A DNA stretch of 64,000 nt. Origin: a virus (taxonomy: Duplodnaviria > Heunggongvirae > Uroviricota > Caudoviricetes). Made by a program: the position numbers and the translations under genes. The notes under the pieces were generated by a model that was not told the origin of the DNA, did not search any database, and was given only the letters and a program-made list of their open reading frames with translations. Location of the stretch: IMG/VR virus record IMGVR_UViG_3300035696_000002. The stretch is one strand, 5' to 3'. Position 1 is the first letter of the stretch. Each line of letters opens with the position of its first letter. This document shows positions 48,846-58,097 of the stretch, piece by piece.

Positions 48846-48914
48846 AGGCAGAGTCCTCCAGTAATCTAATACCGCAAAATGACGCTACCTATGGGTTTGA
48901 AAACGGTGGGATTG

Positions 48915-48947
48915 AAAAAAGAAAAGGGCCATACCGAAGTATGGCCC
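48915..48947 (-). terminator. Intrinsic terminator after the major capsid gene
   Basis: gggccatac-TTCG-gtatggccc followed by TTTTCTTTTTT on the minus strand. Confidence 0.9.
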
Positions 48948-48976
48948 AGATTTGTTGTCCGACGACAACGAGAAGG

Positions 48977-49936
48977 TTAGTTCTCGCCGTAGTTGGCGGC
49001 AGCGTTGAAGCGACCGTTGACCGTGAGACGCTGAACACCTGACGGGTTGAAGATCAGGAAGCCCAGAATTTCGAAGATGCTGAAACCGATCTGACGGAGG
49101 TCAGGACGGTCGGCAGACATGACGGTGAGCGGCACACGTTCCGGGATAACACCGAGGAATTCGGCGTCCGCCAGAATGTAGATCGAGCCGTAGCCGACCT
49201 TACGAGACTGGAGGAGCGTCGCACCCCACAAGTACCCCATCACGCCCGTTTTCAACAGCTTACGCTGGGTTTCGCGGTCGATGTTCTGCTGAGTCCACTT
49301 CAGCAAATCCGTGTAATCACGGGGATTGAAGAAGACGAACGCGACAGACAAGTCGTGACGCTGAACCTGCCCAAAGCCATCGGCCATCGAGTTGATGTCG
49401 ATAGGAGCATTGATCGGAATGTCCGGGTTGTAGACCGGATCGTTGGAGGCGTGCGTTGCAGCCGAGGATGCAACCGCGTCGAACAGGGAGAAGACGTATC
49501 CGTCCTCAGCCGCACCGACTTCGGCTTTCGCCAAATTCAGTGAACGAGCAACGAGGTCGAAACGACGTTCCTTGATCTGCGTGATCGGAATCATCGGGTT
49601 GGACACGATTTCGAAAGTCGGAACCGTGACACGCTTTGGTTTGGTGACGCGGACGATGTCGCCGCCTTCTTCACCCACGACGAAGGCTTCCACGAAGGAC
49701 GAGCCGGGGGTCGAGCCCACGGTCATTGCCGACGTGTCAAATTCCTTATCGTAGATGGGCAGGGCACCATCAGGTAGGGTTTCGACCATCAATGCCTTGC
49801 GGGCAATCGACATATAGTCGCGGCGACGACGGAGCGAAGGCCCCAACGAAGCGGCGAGCTTCTGACGACCACCAGCGGTCTTGAGCAACTGCCCAAGCAT
49901 CGCGGTCTGCTGTTGTGTACGTGAAAGGTTTGCCAT
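48977..49936 (-). CDS. Major capsid protein (HK97 fold)
   Basis: GRQKLAASL...RRDYMSIARKALMVETLPDGALPIYDKE...VPTFEIVSNP...RRFDLVAR...AAED; lies after protease and scaffold; start re-called to MANLS (AGGAG RBS). Confidence 0.88.
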   Translation of the reverse strand: MANLSRTQQQTAMLGQLLKTAGGRQKLAASLGPSLRRRRDYMSIARKALMVETLPDGALPIYDKEFDTSAMTVGSTPGSSFVEAFVVGEEGGDIVRVTKPKRVTVPTFEIVSNPMIPITQIKERRFDLVARSLNLAKAEVGAAEDGYVFSLFDAVASSAATHASNDPVYNPDIPINAPIDINSMADGFGQVQRHDLSVAFVFFNPRDYTDLLKWTQQNIDRETQRKLLKTGVMGYLWGATLLQSRKVGYGSIYILADAEFLGVIPERVPLTVMSADRPDLRQIGFSIFEILGFLIFNPSGVQRLTVNGRFNAAANYGEN

Positions 49937-49965
49937 GGTAATGGTTTCTCCTGTTTCCTGTTTCC

Positions 49966-50529
49966 TTAGATCAAGCTCGCCACACCAAGCCAAGGCTCGG
50001 TGACGGACGGCACGTGGGTGCAGATGCCAATCGCAGTGGTCGAAGCCGTGTGCGTGGAGTCTGTGTAAAGCCCAACGTTGGTGTGTGCGTTGCCTCCGCA
50101 GTAGACGTACTGTCCTACCTTGAAAGCACCTGCGGCATCATAGCCCTGAAAGTCCACGTTGCCTTGGAACATGGCACGAACCGTGGGAGCCTTGCGGGAG
50201 CCAGAAGGCCCAATGGAGCCGGAGAATTCGCCGGGGCCATTGAGAAGAACTGCGAACGGAATGTTGCCTTCGTTTGCACCGTACTTCACCGCACTTGTGT
50301 CGCAAGGGACGATGTTGCCGATGGTGCCGAAAGCGGGTTCGTTGGCCGACTGGAACGCAAACGGAGCAGTCAGAGTTGCGGCACTGTCGATGAGACCGAC
50401 AATGACACCACCAAGATAGCCCGCCGACGTAAGAGTCTGCTGGTCGGTACCCGGATCACCCGTTAGGAAAACAGCAGGCGTTGCGTTAACGCTGTCGTTT
50501 TGCCCGTAATATGTCAGCTTCAAAGACAT
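49966..50529 (-). CDS. Capsid decoration/cement-like protein
   Basis: Directly upstream of MCP; GSRKAPTV...FKVGQYVY...G.YT...IGICT..P motif; start MSLKL with GGAGG RBS. Confidence 0.65.
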   Translation of the reverse strand: MSLKLTYYGQNDSVNATPAVFLTGDPGTDQQTLTSAGYLGGVIVGLIDSAATLTAPFAFQSANEPAFGTIGNIVPCDTSAVKYGANEGNIPFAVLLNGPGEFSGSIGPSGSRKAPTVRAMFQGNVDFQGYDAAGAFKVGQYVYCGGNAHTNVGLYTDSTHTASTTAIGICTHVPSVTEPWLGVASLI

Positions 50530-50685
50530 AGTTATTCCTCCAGTGGAATGGTGTTCGGTTTTGTTAAAGTTTGAAACGATTTGCACTAATCCCAATCCAG
50601 CCTTTTTGGGGGGCGAGGACTATAGGAAAAGCACGTTCATAAGTGCACTGCGTAGCGAAGAAACTTTTTCACTGACATTTTGCCC

Positions 50686-50716
50686 AAAACTAAACCCCCG
50701 ACCGAAGCCGGGGGTT
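50686..50716 (-). terminator. Probable terminator after the scaffold gene
   Basis: aacccccg/cgggggtt stem with a TTCG-containing loop and TTTAGTTTT tail. Confidence 0.6.
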
Positions 50717-50746
50717 GTGATCCAGAAGATGTAGCCTTCCGGGTGA

Positions 50747-53002
50747 TTAGAACTCGTCGCGACCGAACAGGGCCGTGGCAATGTCAACAGGCTTTGCATC
50801 CGGGGCAGCGGGCTTGAGCCGCTTGATAACCGGGGAAGCTGTCTTGGCAACTGCGGCCTTCGGCTTCGCAGCCGGGGCCTTAGCAGCAGACTTCGGGGCC
50901 TGCAATTCGTTGGTTGCGTCCTGCTTGGTACGAACCGCACCCTGCTCTTCAGGAGTGATCTCTTTCAGAGCCTCATCGAAGAGGTCGTCCTTGTGATCGC
51001 TCTCGTTGTCGCGAGTGTCGTTCTTGGCTTCGTCAGACTCGAAGTGCTTTGCAGCTTCGCTGAAGGACTCAACAACGTCCATACCAGCGACCTGCTCGGC
51101 AGTCTTGATCTCAGAAGCAATCAGGCTGGCAAGAGGATCGGCGTCAGCACCTTGCAGGGAGAAGAAATCTTCCATGCTGGCCATCTGAGTGCCTTCCAGT
51201 GAGGCCTCCATCTGCTCGGCAGATGTCGGGCCAAAGTAGCTGTCCATACCACTGGACTCGCCCTCATTGGCAAGAGCGGACTTCTTCTCTTCCATGTTGC
51301 CGCTGTCGAACACGCTGGCGAGGTTAAGCTCACCGGACATGTCCTCTTCTTCAGCGGGCATCTCTTCGTCCATGACGATCTCAGCTTCGCCTTCGGCCTC
51401 AGGCAGTGCAGGCTGTTCGGCGTTTTCGGTGAGAAGTGCCTGTTCGATGGCAGAGATTGCGTCCTTGATTTCCGCAGCCTCTTCCATGACGATTTCCGTC
51501 TTTTCGTCGGTAATCATCTCGGCAGTTGCGTCGGCGGACGGCGGAGCCATCTCGTCGTGCATCGGAACTTCCTCGGCAGGCGGTGCATCCATCGGGGCTT
51601 CGGCAGCCGGAGCTTCGGCAGGAGGTGCATCCATCATCGGCTCTTCAGCCGTCTTCACAGAGGCGTGCTTCGAGCACTTCTTGTCGCCCTTGCATTCCTT
51701 GCACTCAGCAGCGGCCTTCTTTTCGGCAGCACACTTGTCGCAACCTTCGCAGTTGGCACCGTGAGCACACTTGGCAGCGGCAGACTTCTTGCACTCGTCG
51801 CAGCCCTTGCAGTCCTTATCGTGAGCGGTCTTCGGCTTGGCAGATGCTTCCTTGCCAGCCTTGTCGCCTTCGGACTTGTTGACGGTGTCCATCGGGCGGT
51901 GCTCAGCTTCAGTCTGTGACTGAGGAGAACCCGCATCCATTGGCTTCGGCTCGGAAGCAGGCCCGCCGCCGTGACCACGACCATCGTTGTAGGTCTCGGT
52001 CTGCGGCCCAGCGTCCTTGCGGTCGTCGGCAGTCTTCGCGGCAGTGGCGTTCTTCGCCTCGCCCTTGAGTTCTTTCTCAACGGCAGCACGTTCGGACTTG
52101 AGGATGGATGGATTTTCGAGTAGGTCGTTCAGTTCAACCTTGTGGACTTCCTTGAACTGTTCCGCGATCTTGGTGTAGTGGGCATTCTTTGCGGTCTGAC
52201 GGAGGGCGGCGTTGAGAACCTTTGTCTGGTTCAAAAGCAGATTGGCAGCAAAACTCTTCTGCACGTTTGCCGGGGCATCGGGCAGCATTGTTTTCGCAAT
52301 AGTCCATGCCGAGGCCACGCGAACTTGTGCTTCTTTCTTGATCGCCTCACGCTTCGTTTTGATTTCGGCGAGCTTCTTTTGAACGTCAGTTGCCATAGTG
52401 GAGCCTTCCTTTTTTGTCTCAGAAGAGGCAGAAATGCCCTTCTTATCAGGGGATTGGTAGCTGTTTTTCTTGCTTGCTGAGGATTGAGAAGCCATCGGGG
52501 GCTCCAAAGGAGCGGGTTCGGCGACTTCAGGGGCCGCTTCAGCGGCGGGTGGTGCAGGAACTTCTTCGACTGGGGCGGCTTCAGGAGCCGGGGCCGGAGC
52601 AGCCGGGGCAGCCAACTCAGGTGCCGGAGGTGCAGCCGGGGCAGGAGGTGCTAAGGGTGCCGGGGGAATCCCCATACCGCCCTCGGGCTCGCCGCCTGCG
52701 ATGCCTGCGATCTCGGGGTCGATATCAGACAACAGCCGCTTGATCTCTTCAGACCACTGGCCGTTCTTCAGCTTCTCCCACTCGGAGATAAGCTGAATGC
52801 CCTCACGCATTTTGCGGATTTCTTCTTCAAGCTGTTCACGCTTGTCCGCCAGCATGTCAAATTCTGGGGATGTGCCCATGCCCAAACCACCGCCCATCGG
52901 CGGCTCTGCCATCTCGGGCATACCCATAAGCTGATCGTCGATCATGTCGAGTTCAGCCTGCTTACGATCCAACGCTGCTTGTACCTTTTTCAAGTTTGCC
53001 AT
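50747..53002 (-). CDS. Capsid scaffolding protein
   Basis: Acidic, Ala/Pro-rich coiled-coil protein between protease and MCP; many K-x-A sites. Confidence 0.7.
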   Translation of the reverse strand: MANLKKVQAALDRKQAELDMIDDQLMGMPEMAEPPMGGGLGMGTSPEFDMLADKREQLEEEIRKMREGIQLISEWEKLKNGQWSEEIKRLLSDIDPEIAGIAGGEPEGGMGIPPAPLAPPAPAAPPAPELAAPAAPAPAPEAAPVEEVPAPPAAEAAPEVAEPAPLEPPMASQSSASKKNSYQSPDKKGISASSETKKEGSTMATDVQKKLAEIKTKREAIKKEAQVRVASAWTIAKTMLPDAPANVQKSFAANLLLNQTKVLNAALRQTAKNAHYTKIAEQFKEVHKVELNDLLENPSILKSERAAVEKELKGEAKNATAAKTADDRKDAGPQTETYNDGRGHGGGPASEPKPMDAGSPQSQTEAEHRPMDTVNKSEGDKAGKEASAKPKTAHDKDCKGCDECKKSAAAKCAHGANCEGCDKCAAEKKAAAECKECKGDKKCSKHASVKTAEEPMMDAPPAEAPAAEAPMDAPPAEEVPMHDEMAPPSADATAEMITDEKTEIVMEEAAEIKDAISAIEQALLTENAEQPALPEAEGEAEIVMDEEMPAEEEDMSGELNLASVFDSGNMEEKKSALANEGESSGMDSYFGPTSAEQMEASLEGTQMASMEDFFSLQGADADPLASLIASEIKTAEQVAGMDVVESFSEAAKHFESDEAKNDTRDNESDHKDDLFDEALKEITPEEQGAVRTKQDATNELQAPKSAAKAPAAKPKAAVAKTASPVIKRLKPAAPDAKPVDIATALFGRDEF

Positions 53003-53919
53003 TATCGCCTCAGGTGCCCTTTTGGGTCTTCGTCCAGAAGAACGTCGCCTACTGTAAGGGCTTCAAAGTCAGTCTTTTCCGAGGCCGCTTTGGCGAAGGA
53101 CGCAGTATTAGTGGCTTCCTCCAAGGCTGCCTTCCGGGTGTACGGGGATTTCGGCCCCATCCACTCATCCGCCACGATGTTCCGTTTGGCGGCTCCGGGG
53201 AAGGCCGGGGTTGCTACCCAGCTTGCTTCCACGAACTTAACCCCACCGTTTTCCATGGTTTTGTGGCCGCAAAGTTCAGCGACCCGGCGTGCGACGCCGT
53301 CATCGTCCGCAAGGAACATGCCCTTCTGGAACGACAGGTGGTTGCAATAAGTGTTCTGATCGGTGACGTGGGCTCCGCAATAAGAGCAGATGACGAGGTC
53401 AGTCACGCAGCCCATGGACAGGTAGCGGACTTTGCCTTCGCGGATATCGTTCACCAGCTTCTCGTGCGTCATGTCGGTCGCCACGAGGATGTCGCAGAAG
53501 TAAACCCAGATTTGCTCTTCGGGAACGATCTGGACTTTACGAAGGACGGCATCGAGGATGTGCCCCTTCGCGTACTTGGAATTCTGGAAGTGTTCGACGA
53601 AGTTGAAAGCCCCGACGAAACTGCGGTGCGACAGCTTCAACACCTCGTTCGTCCATGCGTCATCGTTGTTGTTTACGAGGTGACTGCATTCCGGCTTGAT
53701 GTGATAGTCAAACGGGTCTGCCTCGGTCATGACCGAGGACATGATCGTGCAGTGCGACAAAATATACTTCGAGGAGTCCGCAGCGAACTTCGAGAACGAC
53801 GCGGTCTTGTGCCCGAACGTGCGGGTGCCGTACATCTTGTCCCAATCGGGAACAGAGAGAGTGGGCTCCTTCAATTCGGCGTTCGCGTATTTCTTGAAAG
53901 CTGGTTCTTTTTCGGACAT
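53002..53919 (-). CDS. Prohead (capsid maturation) protease with Zn-finger insert
   Basis: NNNDDAW, FVEH (His), LSMGC (Ser), CSYC...CNH, FVEASWVATPA; start re-called to MSEKE. Confidence 0.82.
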   Translation of the reverse strand: MSEKEPAFKKYANAELKEPTLSVPDWDKMYGTRTFGHKTASFSKFAADSSKYILSHCTIMSSVMTEADPFDYHIKPECSHLVNNNDDAWTNEVLKLSHRSFVGAFNFVEHFQNSKYAKGHILDAVLRKVQIVPEEQIWVYFCDILVATDMTHEKLVNDIREGKVRYLSMGCVTDLVICSYCGAHVTDQNTYCNHLSFQKGMFLADDDGVARRVAELCGHKTMENGGVKFVEASWVATPAFPGAAKRNIVADEWMGPKSPYTRKAALEEATNTASFAKAASEKTDFEALTVGDVLLDEDPKGHLRR

Positions 53920-53942
53920 TTTTGTCCCTCTACTTAATAGGC

Positions 53943-56900
53943 TTAAAGTGTATAAAAAACGCCACAATCAAGGCATTCTGCCAGTATCGGCCCTAGATCG
54001 TTGGACTTAGCTTTGTCGCTATCGGCTGCAATGGCCTTTGCACTCTTACACATCGGGCACTTCGGAGCGTCTGCCGCTTCCTTGGAGCCAAAGTGCTGCT
54101 GCCCCTCAAACCAGTCGTTCGTGTACTCTTCGCCGACTTCTTTCCAAAGCTGATTCATGTCGTAGCCGTTCTCTCTGGCAACCTGAATCATCTCGCCGTC
54201 TTGCATGAAAGCTTCACGAGCCTGCCGCTTAACATCGCTCACCTGATCCAAGAAATGTTCGTCCTGCATGTCGAGGTAGAGGTCGTCTTCCCCGCTGGCC
54301 ATCACATCGAGCGTGTGACCGTTCTCATCCGGCTTCGGGGCGGGTTTGGGGAACTCAAAGTTCGTGACCTTGATGATGACATCGCCCAGATTCAGGTAAC
54401 CGACGCGGTCGATTTCGTTAATCTGGTGCTGTGTGATCGGCCCCCAGTTCTCATTGATGATCGGAATCGCTTTGCCTTTGTCGCCGACATACCAGCGACC
54501 AATCTCAGTCTTGCCATCCGGCTCAAAAGCGTACAGCTTCCAGTTACCACGACGTTTCGGAAGTATCTCTCCCTCCAATGCAGCCGCATTGACTGTCTTC
54601 TTGGGGCCGGAATCCTGAGGGATATCGTCGTACACACCTTCCATGATTTCTTTCTTCAGCGATTCATCGAGGTGACCACGTGAGTCATCGCGAGGTGGTT
54701 TGTAGCTGGGAGAATGCAACGGATCAATCTTCGCTTCCTTCTGAGACGATTGCACGCCAGTCACCGGGCCGTTGCCCTCCATCAGATCGTTCGCAGCAGC
54801 ATCAGCCTCAGGATCATCCGACGCCCCACCCGGATTTGCGGTGCCGCCAATCGGCGTACCCATGCCATAACTCTTCTCGACGATGTCGGCAAGCTTTACG
54901 GATTGACCAGCAACCACAGCCTTAATCAGATCGGAAGTCACTGGAGTGACGCCGACAATCTGCTCAGGCTTGATGGCTCCGACAGCCTTCAACCATTTTC
55001 CTTGAGCCCCGGCCTGACCCATCGGATCGGCAGTATCCTGCACCCATTTTTCTTTGCCGGGAGTGAATGAGACGACAGAAATCTTGCCCGTCCCCATGGA
55101 CTTGTTGAAATCCCAATCCATTTTTCCGGCCCAGCGGACAGCATCAATCGGGTTGTTGAATGCGAAAATTTCGCCTTCACCGTAACGCTCATCGCTCTCG
55201 CCCTTCACCCAGTTGGAGGGCTGGAGCGGGAGAATGCCTTTCGCCTGAATGGCGGGCACTTTTTCTGTCTGAGTTACGTGGTAGAGTTTTTTAGCGGCGG
55301 ATTTCGCGAACGGATCGCTGCCGTCGCAATTCGAGCACGTCTCCACGAAGGATGAGACTTTCGGTGCGGAGCAACGGCACGTTTGCACGTTACCGCATTT
55401 GCGGCAAGTAGTTTTTTGATGATGGCACGATGCAGTCTTGTCTTGACCAAGAGCCTCTTTCAGTTTCTCGTGGAATTCACGGACGGCAGCCTGCTTATCG
55501 ACTCCTGTTGGCCGCACAAATGTGCAGCAATCATCGTTGTCAACTTCGATTGTCCCATCCGGCAGTTTACGATCTGCCAGTTCAGGATCGGCCATCACTG
55601 TTGGATGCTTGCACGAGTCAACCATTTCACCAGCCGCATTCTTGGAGTGGGGTGTGCGGTGAATGCAATCCATACACGAGAACGGCCCGCCGCCTGCGAA
55701 GCCGGACATCTTAGTACCCAGCACAGTCAGTTCCGCTCCCTTTTCTGCAACCTTAGCCGAGGCTTCCTTGGGGTCGTTGATTCCGGGCACAATTCCATGA
55801 TCCCAATTCTTGCCGCAATCGTTGCACTTGGCGGTCTCGAAATCGGAGGGCATCAAACCATAATCTGTCGAACCACAATGCGGGCACTTCGGTTTCCCCG
55901 CAGCTTGCTTCCCTGTGAGTCGTTCCAACTCTTCCCGTGCCTCACACGTTTCGCAATCGCAATCTTCTCTGCCAGTGCCTTCGCAGTCGCCCTGTGCGAG
56001 CCCTTCGAGTTGCACGCGATACATTCTGTCGAGCATATCCGGGCTTAACTGCGGTGCATTCATCGCTTGCTTCTCTGCCCCCTGCCTCACGGAATTCAGC
56101 CATGCGGTGCCGTCTTCCGTAGTCATGCCATGGTCGATTTTCTTACCGGGATAAGCTTCTTTCAATTTTTCGTAGAGCTTGGTCGCGATTCCTTTGCGAC
56201 GGAAATTTGGTCTCACGGACAAATACTTGATGCTGATTTCATCCCCGACAACGGAAAAGTTAAGCTTACCCACGCACGGAGCTTCCGGCGAAGCCTCCCC
56301 GTAAGTCGCGTATACAGCACCAAAATTTTCACCCCTGTAGCTGTCGTGGATATCGTCCCAGTAACGGAGCCCGGCGACGATGTCATCGACACTTTTCTCG
56401 GTCTCCAATGCGGCGGTTTTGCTGCGGGAGGAGAGTTGCTGCGACAGAGTATTCAGCGGGCCAGAGTCATCGACCGCTCCGTTGGTCTGGTGCTGCCACG
56501 TCTGAGCTTTTGGATTGACGACAACCCGCTGATCTTTTCCCAAGGCCCACATCAGGGTGCCATCGGAAACACGGCCAACGAATTTGTATCCGTGCTTGTT
56601 CAGCACATCATGCAGGTTTTCATCGGGATCGCTTTCCTTGAAGAAGGTTGCGTCCTGAACCCCCTCAGGGGATTTGGGCAGGTTGGGATCGTTTACGACT
56701 TTGACAGGCATAGCGTCCACCGAGGCTGTGACGGTAGGTGCAGCATCGGCGGGTTCAGCATATTCTCCGTACTCGTCGCCGCACCAACTCTCATACTTCT
56801 CATCGCTGAGTTCCGGGTGATACCAGCCATACTCATGGCCCCGGTAGTTGTCGTAGCCCCACGGATCGCGGATTTTCTTGATCTGGCGACCGCAATGTTT

Positions 56901-57116
56901 GCACGTGGCGGTGTCAGCCGGGGCGGAAGCTCTGATGTCTTTGGGCGGGATAATCACGGGTGGAATGCGATTCGACTCCGGCTCCGTACCCTTCTCACCC
57001 CACGGCTTCCGGTAGTTCGGCGGCTCCGCGTGATGCTGGTGGGTCGCGTAGTCTGGATCGTTGAACATCTCCAGCAGTGCGTCCATGCCCTTTTTCTTGA
57101 AAAGTGGGGAGTTCAT
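53943..57116 (-). CDS. Putative internal head polyprotein with GNAT, ART-like and Zn-finger modules
   Basis: VRPNFRRKGIATKLY (GNAT), LYHVT....PAI...GI.P (ART-like), several CxxC modules and K-x-A junctions. Confidence 0.75.
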   Translation of the reverse strand: MNSPLFKKKGMDALLEMFNDPDYATHQHHAEPPNYRKPWGEKGTEPESNRIPPVIIPPKDIRASAPADTATCKHCGRQIKKIRDPWGYDNYRGHEYGWYHPELSDEKYESWCGDEYGEYAEPADAAPTVTASVDAMPVKVVNDPNLPKSPEGVQDATFFKESDPDENLHDVLNKHGYKFVGRVSDGTLMWALGKDQRVVVNPKAQTWQHQTNGAVDDSGPLNTLSQQLSSRSKTAALETEKSVDDIVAGLRYWDDIHDSYRGENFGAVYATYGEASPEAPCVGKLNFSVVGDEISIKYLSVRPNFRRKGIATKLYEKLKEAYPGKKIDHGMTTEDGTAWLNSVRQGAEKQAMNAPQLSPDMLDRMYRVQLEGLAQGDCEGTGREDCDCETCEAREELERLTGKQAAGKPKCPHCGSTDYGLMPSDFETAKCNDCGKNWDHGIVPGINDPKEASAKVAEKGAELTVLGTKMSGFAGGGPFSCMDCIHRTPHSKNAAGEMVDSCKHPTVMADPELADRKLPDGTIEVDNDDCCTFVRPTGVDKQAAVREFHEKLKEALGQDKTASCHHQKTTCRKCGNVQTCRCSAPKVSSFVETCSNCDGSDPFAKSAAKKLYHVTQTEKVPAIQAKGILPLQPSNWVKGESDERYGEGEIFAFNNPIDAVRWAGKMDWDFNKSMGTGKISVVSFTPGKEKWVQDTADPMGQAGAQGKWLKAVGAIKPEQIVGVTPVTSDLIKAVVAGQSVKLADIVEKSYGMGTPIGGTANPGGASDDPEADAAANDLMEGNGPVTGVQSSQKEAKIDPLHSPSYKPPRDDSRGHLDESLKKEIMEGVYDDIPQDSGPKKTVNAAALEGEILPKRRGNWKLYAFEPDGKTEIGRWYVGDKGKAIPIINENWGPITQHQINEIDRVGYLNLGDVIIKVTNFEFPKPAPKPDENGHTLDVMASGEDDLYLDMQDEHFLDQVSDVKRQAREAFMQDGEMIQVARENGYDMNQLWKEVGEEYTNDWFEGQQHFGSKEAADAPKCPMCKSAKAIAADSDKAKSNDLGPILAECLDCGVFYTL

Positions 57117-57212
57117 TCTATTAAGGATTCGAAAAGCACAGAAACTCCGGCACTTTTAGCCCGGCCTGCAAGACCTTGAAAGAGGGCCATTTACAGGAGC
57201 TAAATCGACCTC

Positions 57213-57241
57213 TTGACAGCCCCCGTCAGATCGGCTAAAAT
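57213..57241 (+). promoter_or_regulatory. Sigma70-type promoter
   Basis: TTGACA-17 bp-TAAAAT upstream of an AAGGAGG RBS. Confidence 0.85.
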
Positions 57242-57285
57242 GAGGTTAGTTGAGGACGAGTAGGAAAATTCAAAGGAGGCCGTAT

Positions 57286-58026
57286 ATGTCAGCTTCACTC
57301 TCTGCACATGGCGATACCAACGTAGTCACCCGCGAACAGCTTGCCGCCCTGCCTGCCGTAATCTCCACCGAAACCTTCAAACCCGTTGCCCACATCGACC
57401 TGATTACCTCCATCGAAAAGGAACTGAAACGCCGCGAGATTCAGATCGTGCGTGAGCAGTTTTCGATTGGCAAGGAAGGTCACAAGATGTTCGGCGTCAT
57501 GGACTTGTCCTTGGAAGGCATCGAGGGTGCACGAGCCAGCCTTGGCCTCCGCACCGCAAACGACAAGACGATGTCGCTCCAGATGGTCGCTGGCATGAAC
57601 GTTTTCGTCTGCGACAACATGGTGTTCCGTGGCGACCTGATCGCCCTCAAGCGGAAACACACTTCCGGCCTGAATCTCCGCGATGAACTCCGCCGTGCAC
57701 TCGACAAGTACGAGCAGCACTTCTTCACCCTCAAGGCCGAAGTCGAGCACTTGAAGGGAAAGGAACTGACCGATGTCGAAGCGAAGGCGATGATCCACAA
57801 CGTGTTCATGTCGAAGGATTCGTTGCCCATCCGCCTGTACCGCGAAGTTTCCCGCGAGTACTTCGCGACCGAACAGCGTCACGAAGAGTTCGCCCCGCGT
57901 ACCGCGTGGTCTCTGCACAACGCCTTCACGGAAGTCGCGAAGCAGATGCCCCTGAGCACTCGCATGGATGCGATCCAGACCATCGGTCGCTACTTCGGGC
58001 TGGTTAGCTCGAAGCAGACCAACTAA
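57286..58026 (+). CDS. DUF932-family protein
   Basis: TFKPVAH, LGLRTANDK, AG..VFVCDNM, KHT and TAWSLHNAFTE motifs; start re-called to ATG 57286. Confidence 0.85.
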   Translation: MSASLSAHGDTNVVTREQLAALPAVISTETFKPVAHIDLITSIEKELKRREIQIVREQFSIGKEGHKMFGVMDLSLEGIEGARASLGLRTANDKTMSLQMVAGMNVFVCDNMVFRGDLIALKRKHTSGLNLRDELRRALDKYEQHFFTLKAEVEHLKGKELTDVEAKAMIHNVFMSKDSLPIRLYREVSREYFATEQRHEEFAPRTAWSLHNAFTEVAKQMPLSTRMDAIQTIGRYFGLVSSKQTN

Positions 58027-58044
58027 GGTCTGGCCAGAAATACT

Positions 58045-58074
58045 AAGGGCTCCCTTCCGGGAGCCCTTTTTGTT
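58045..58074 (+). terminator. Intrinsic terminator (possibly bidirectional)
   Basis: aagggctccc/gggagccctt followed by TTTGTT. Confidence 0.85.
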
Positions 58075-58097
58075 GGTTGGTAATCGTACTGCTAGGA

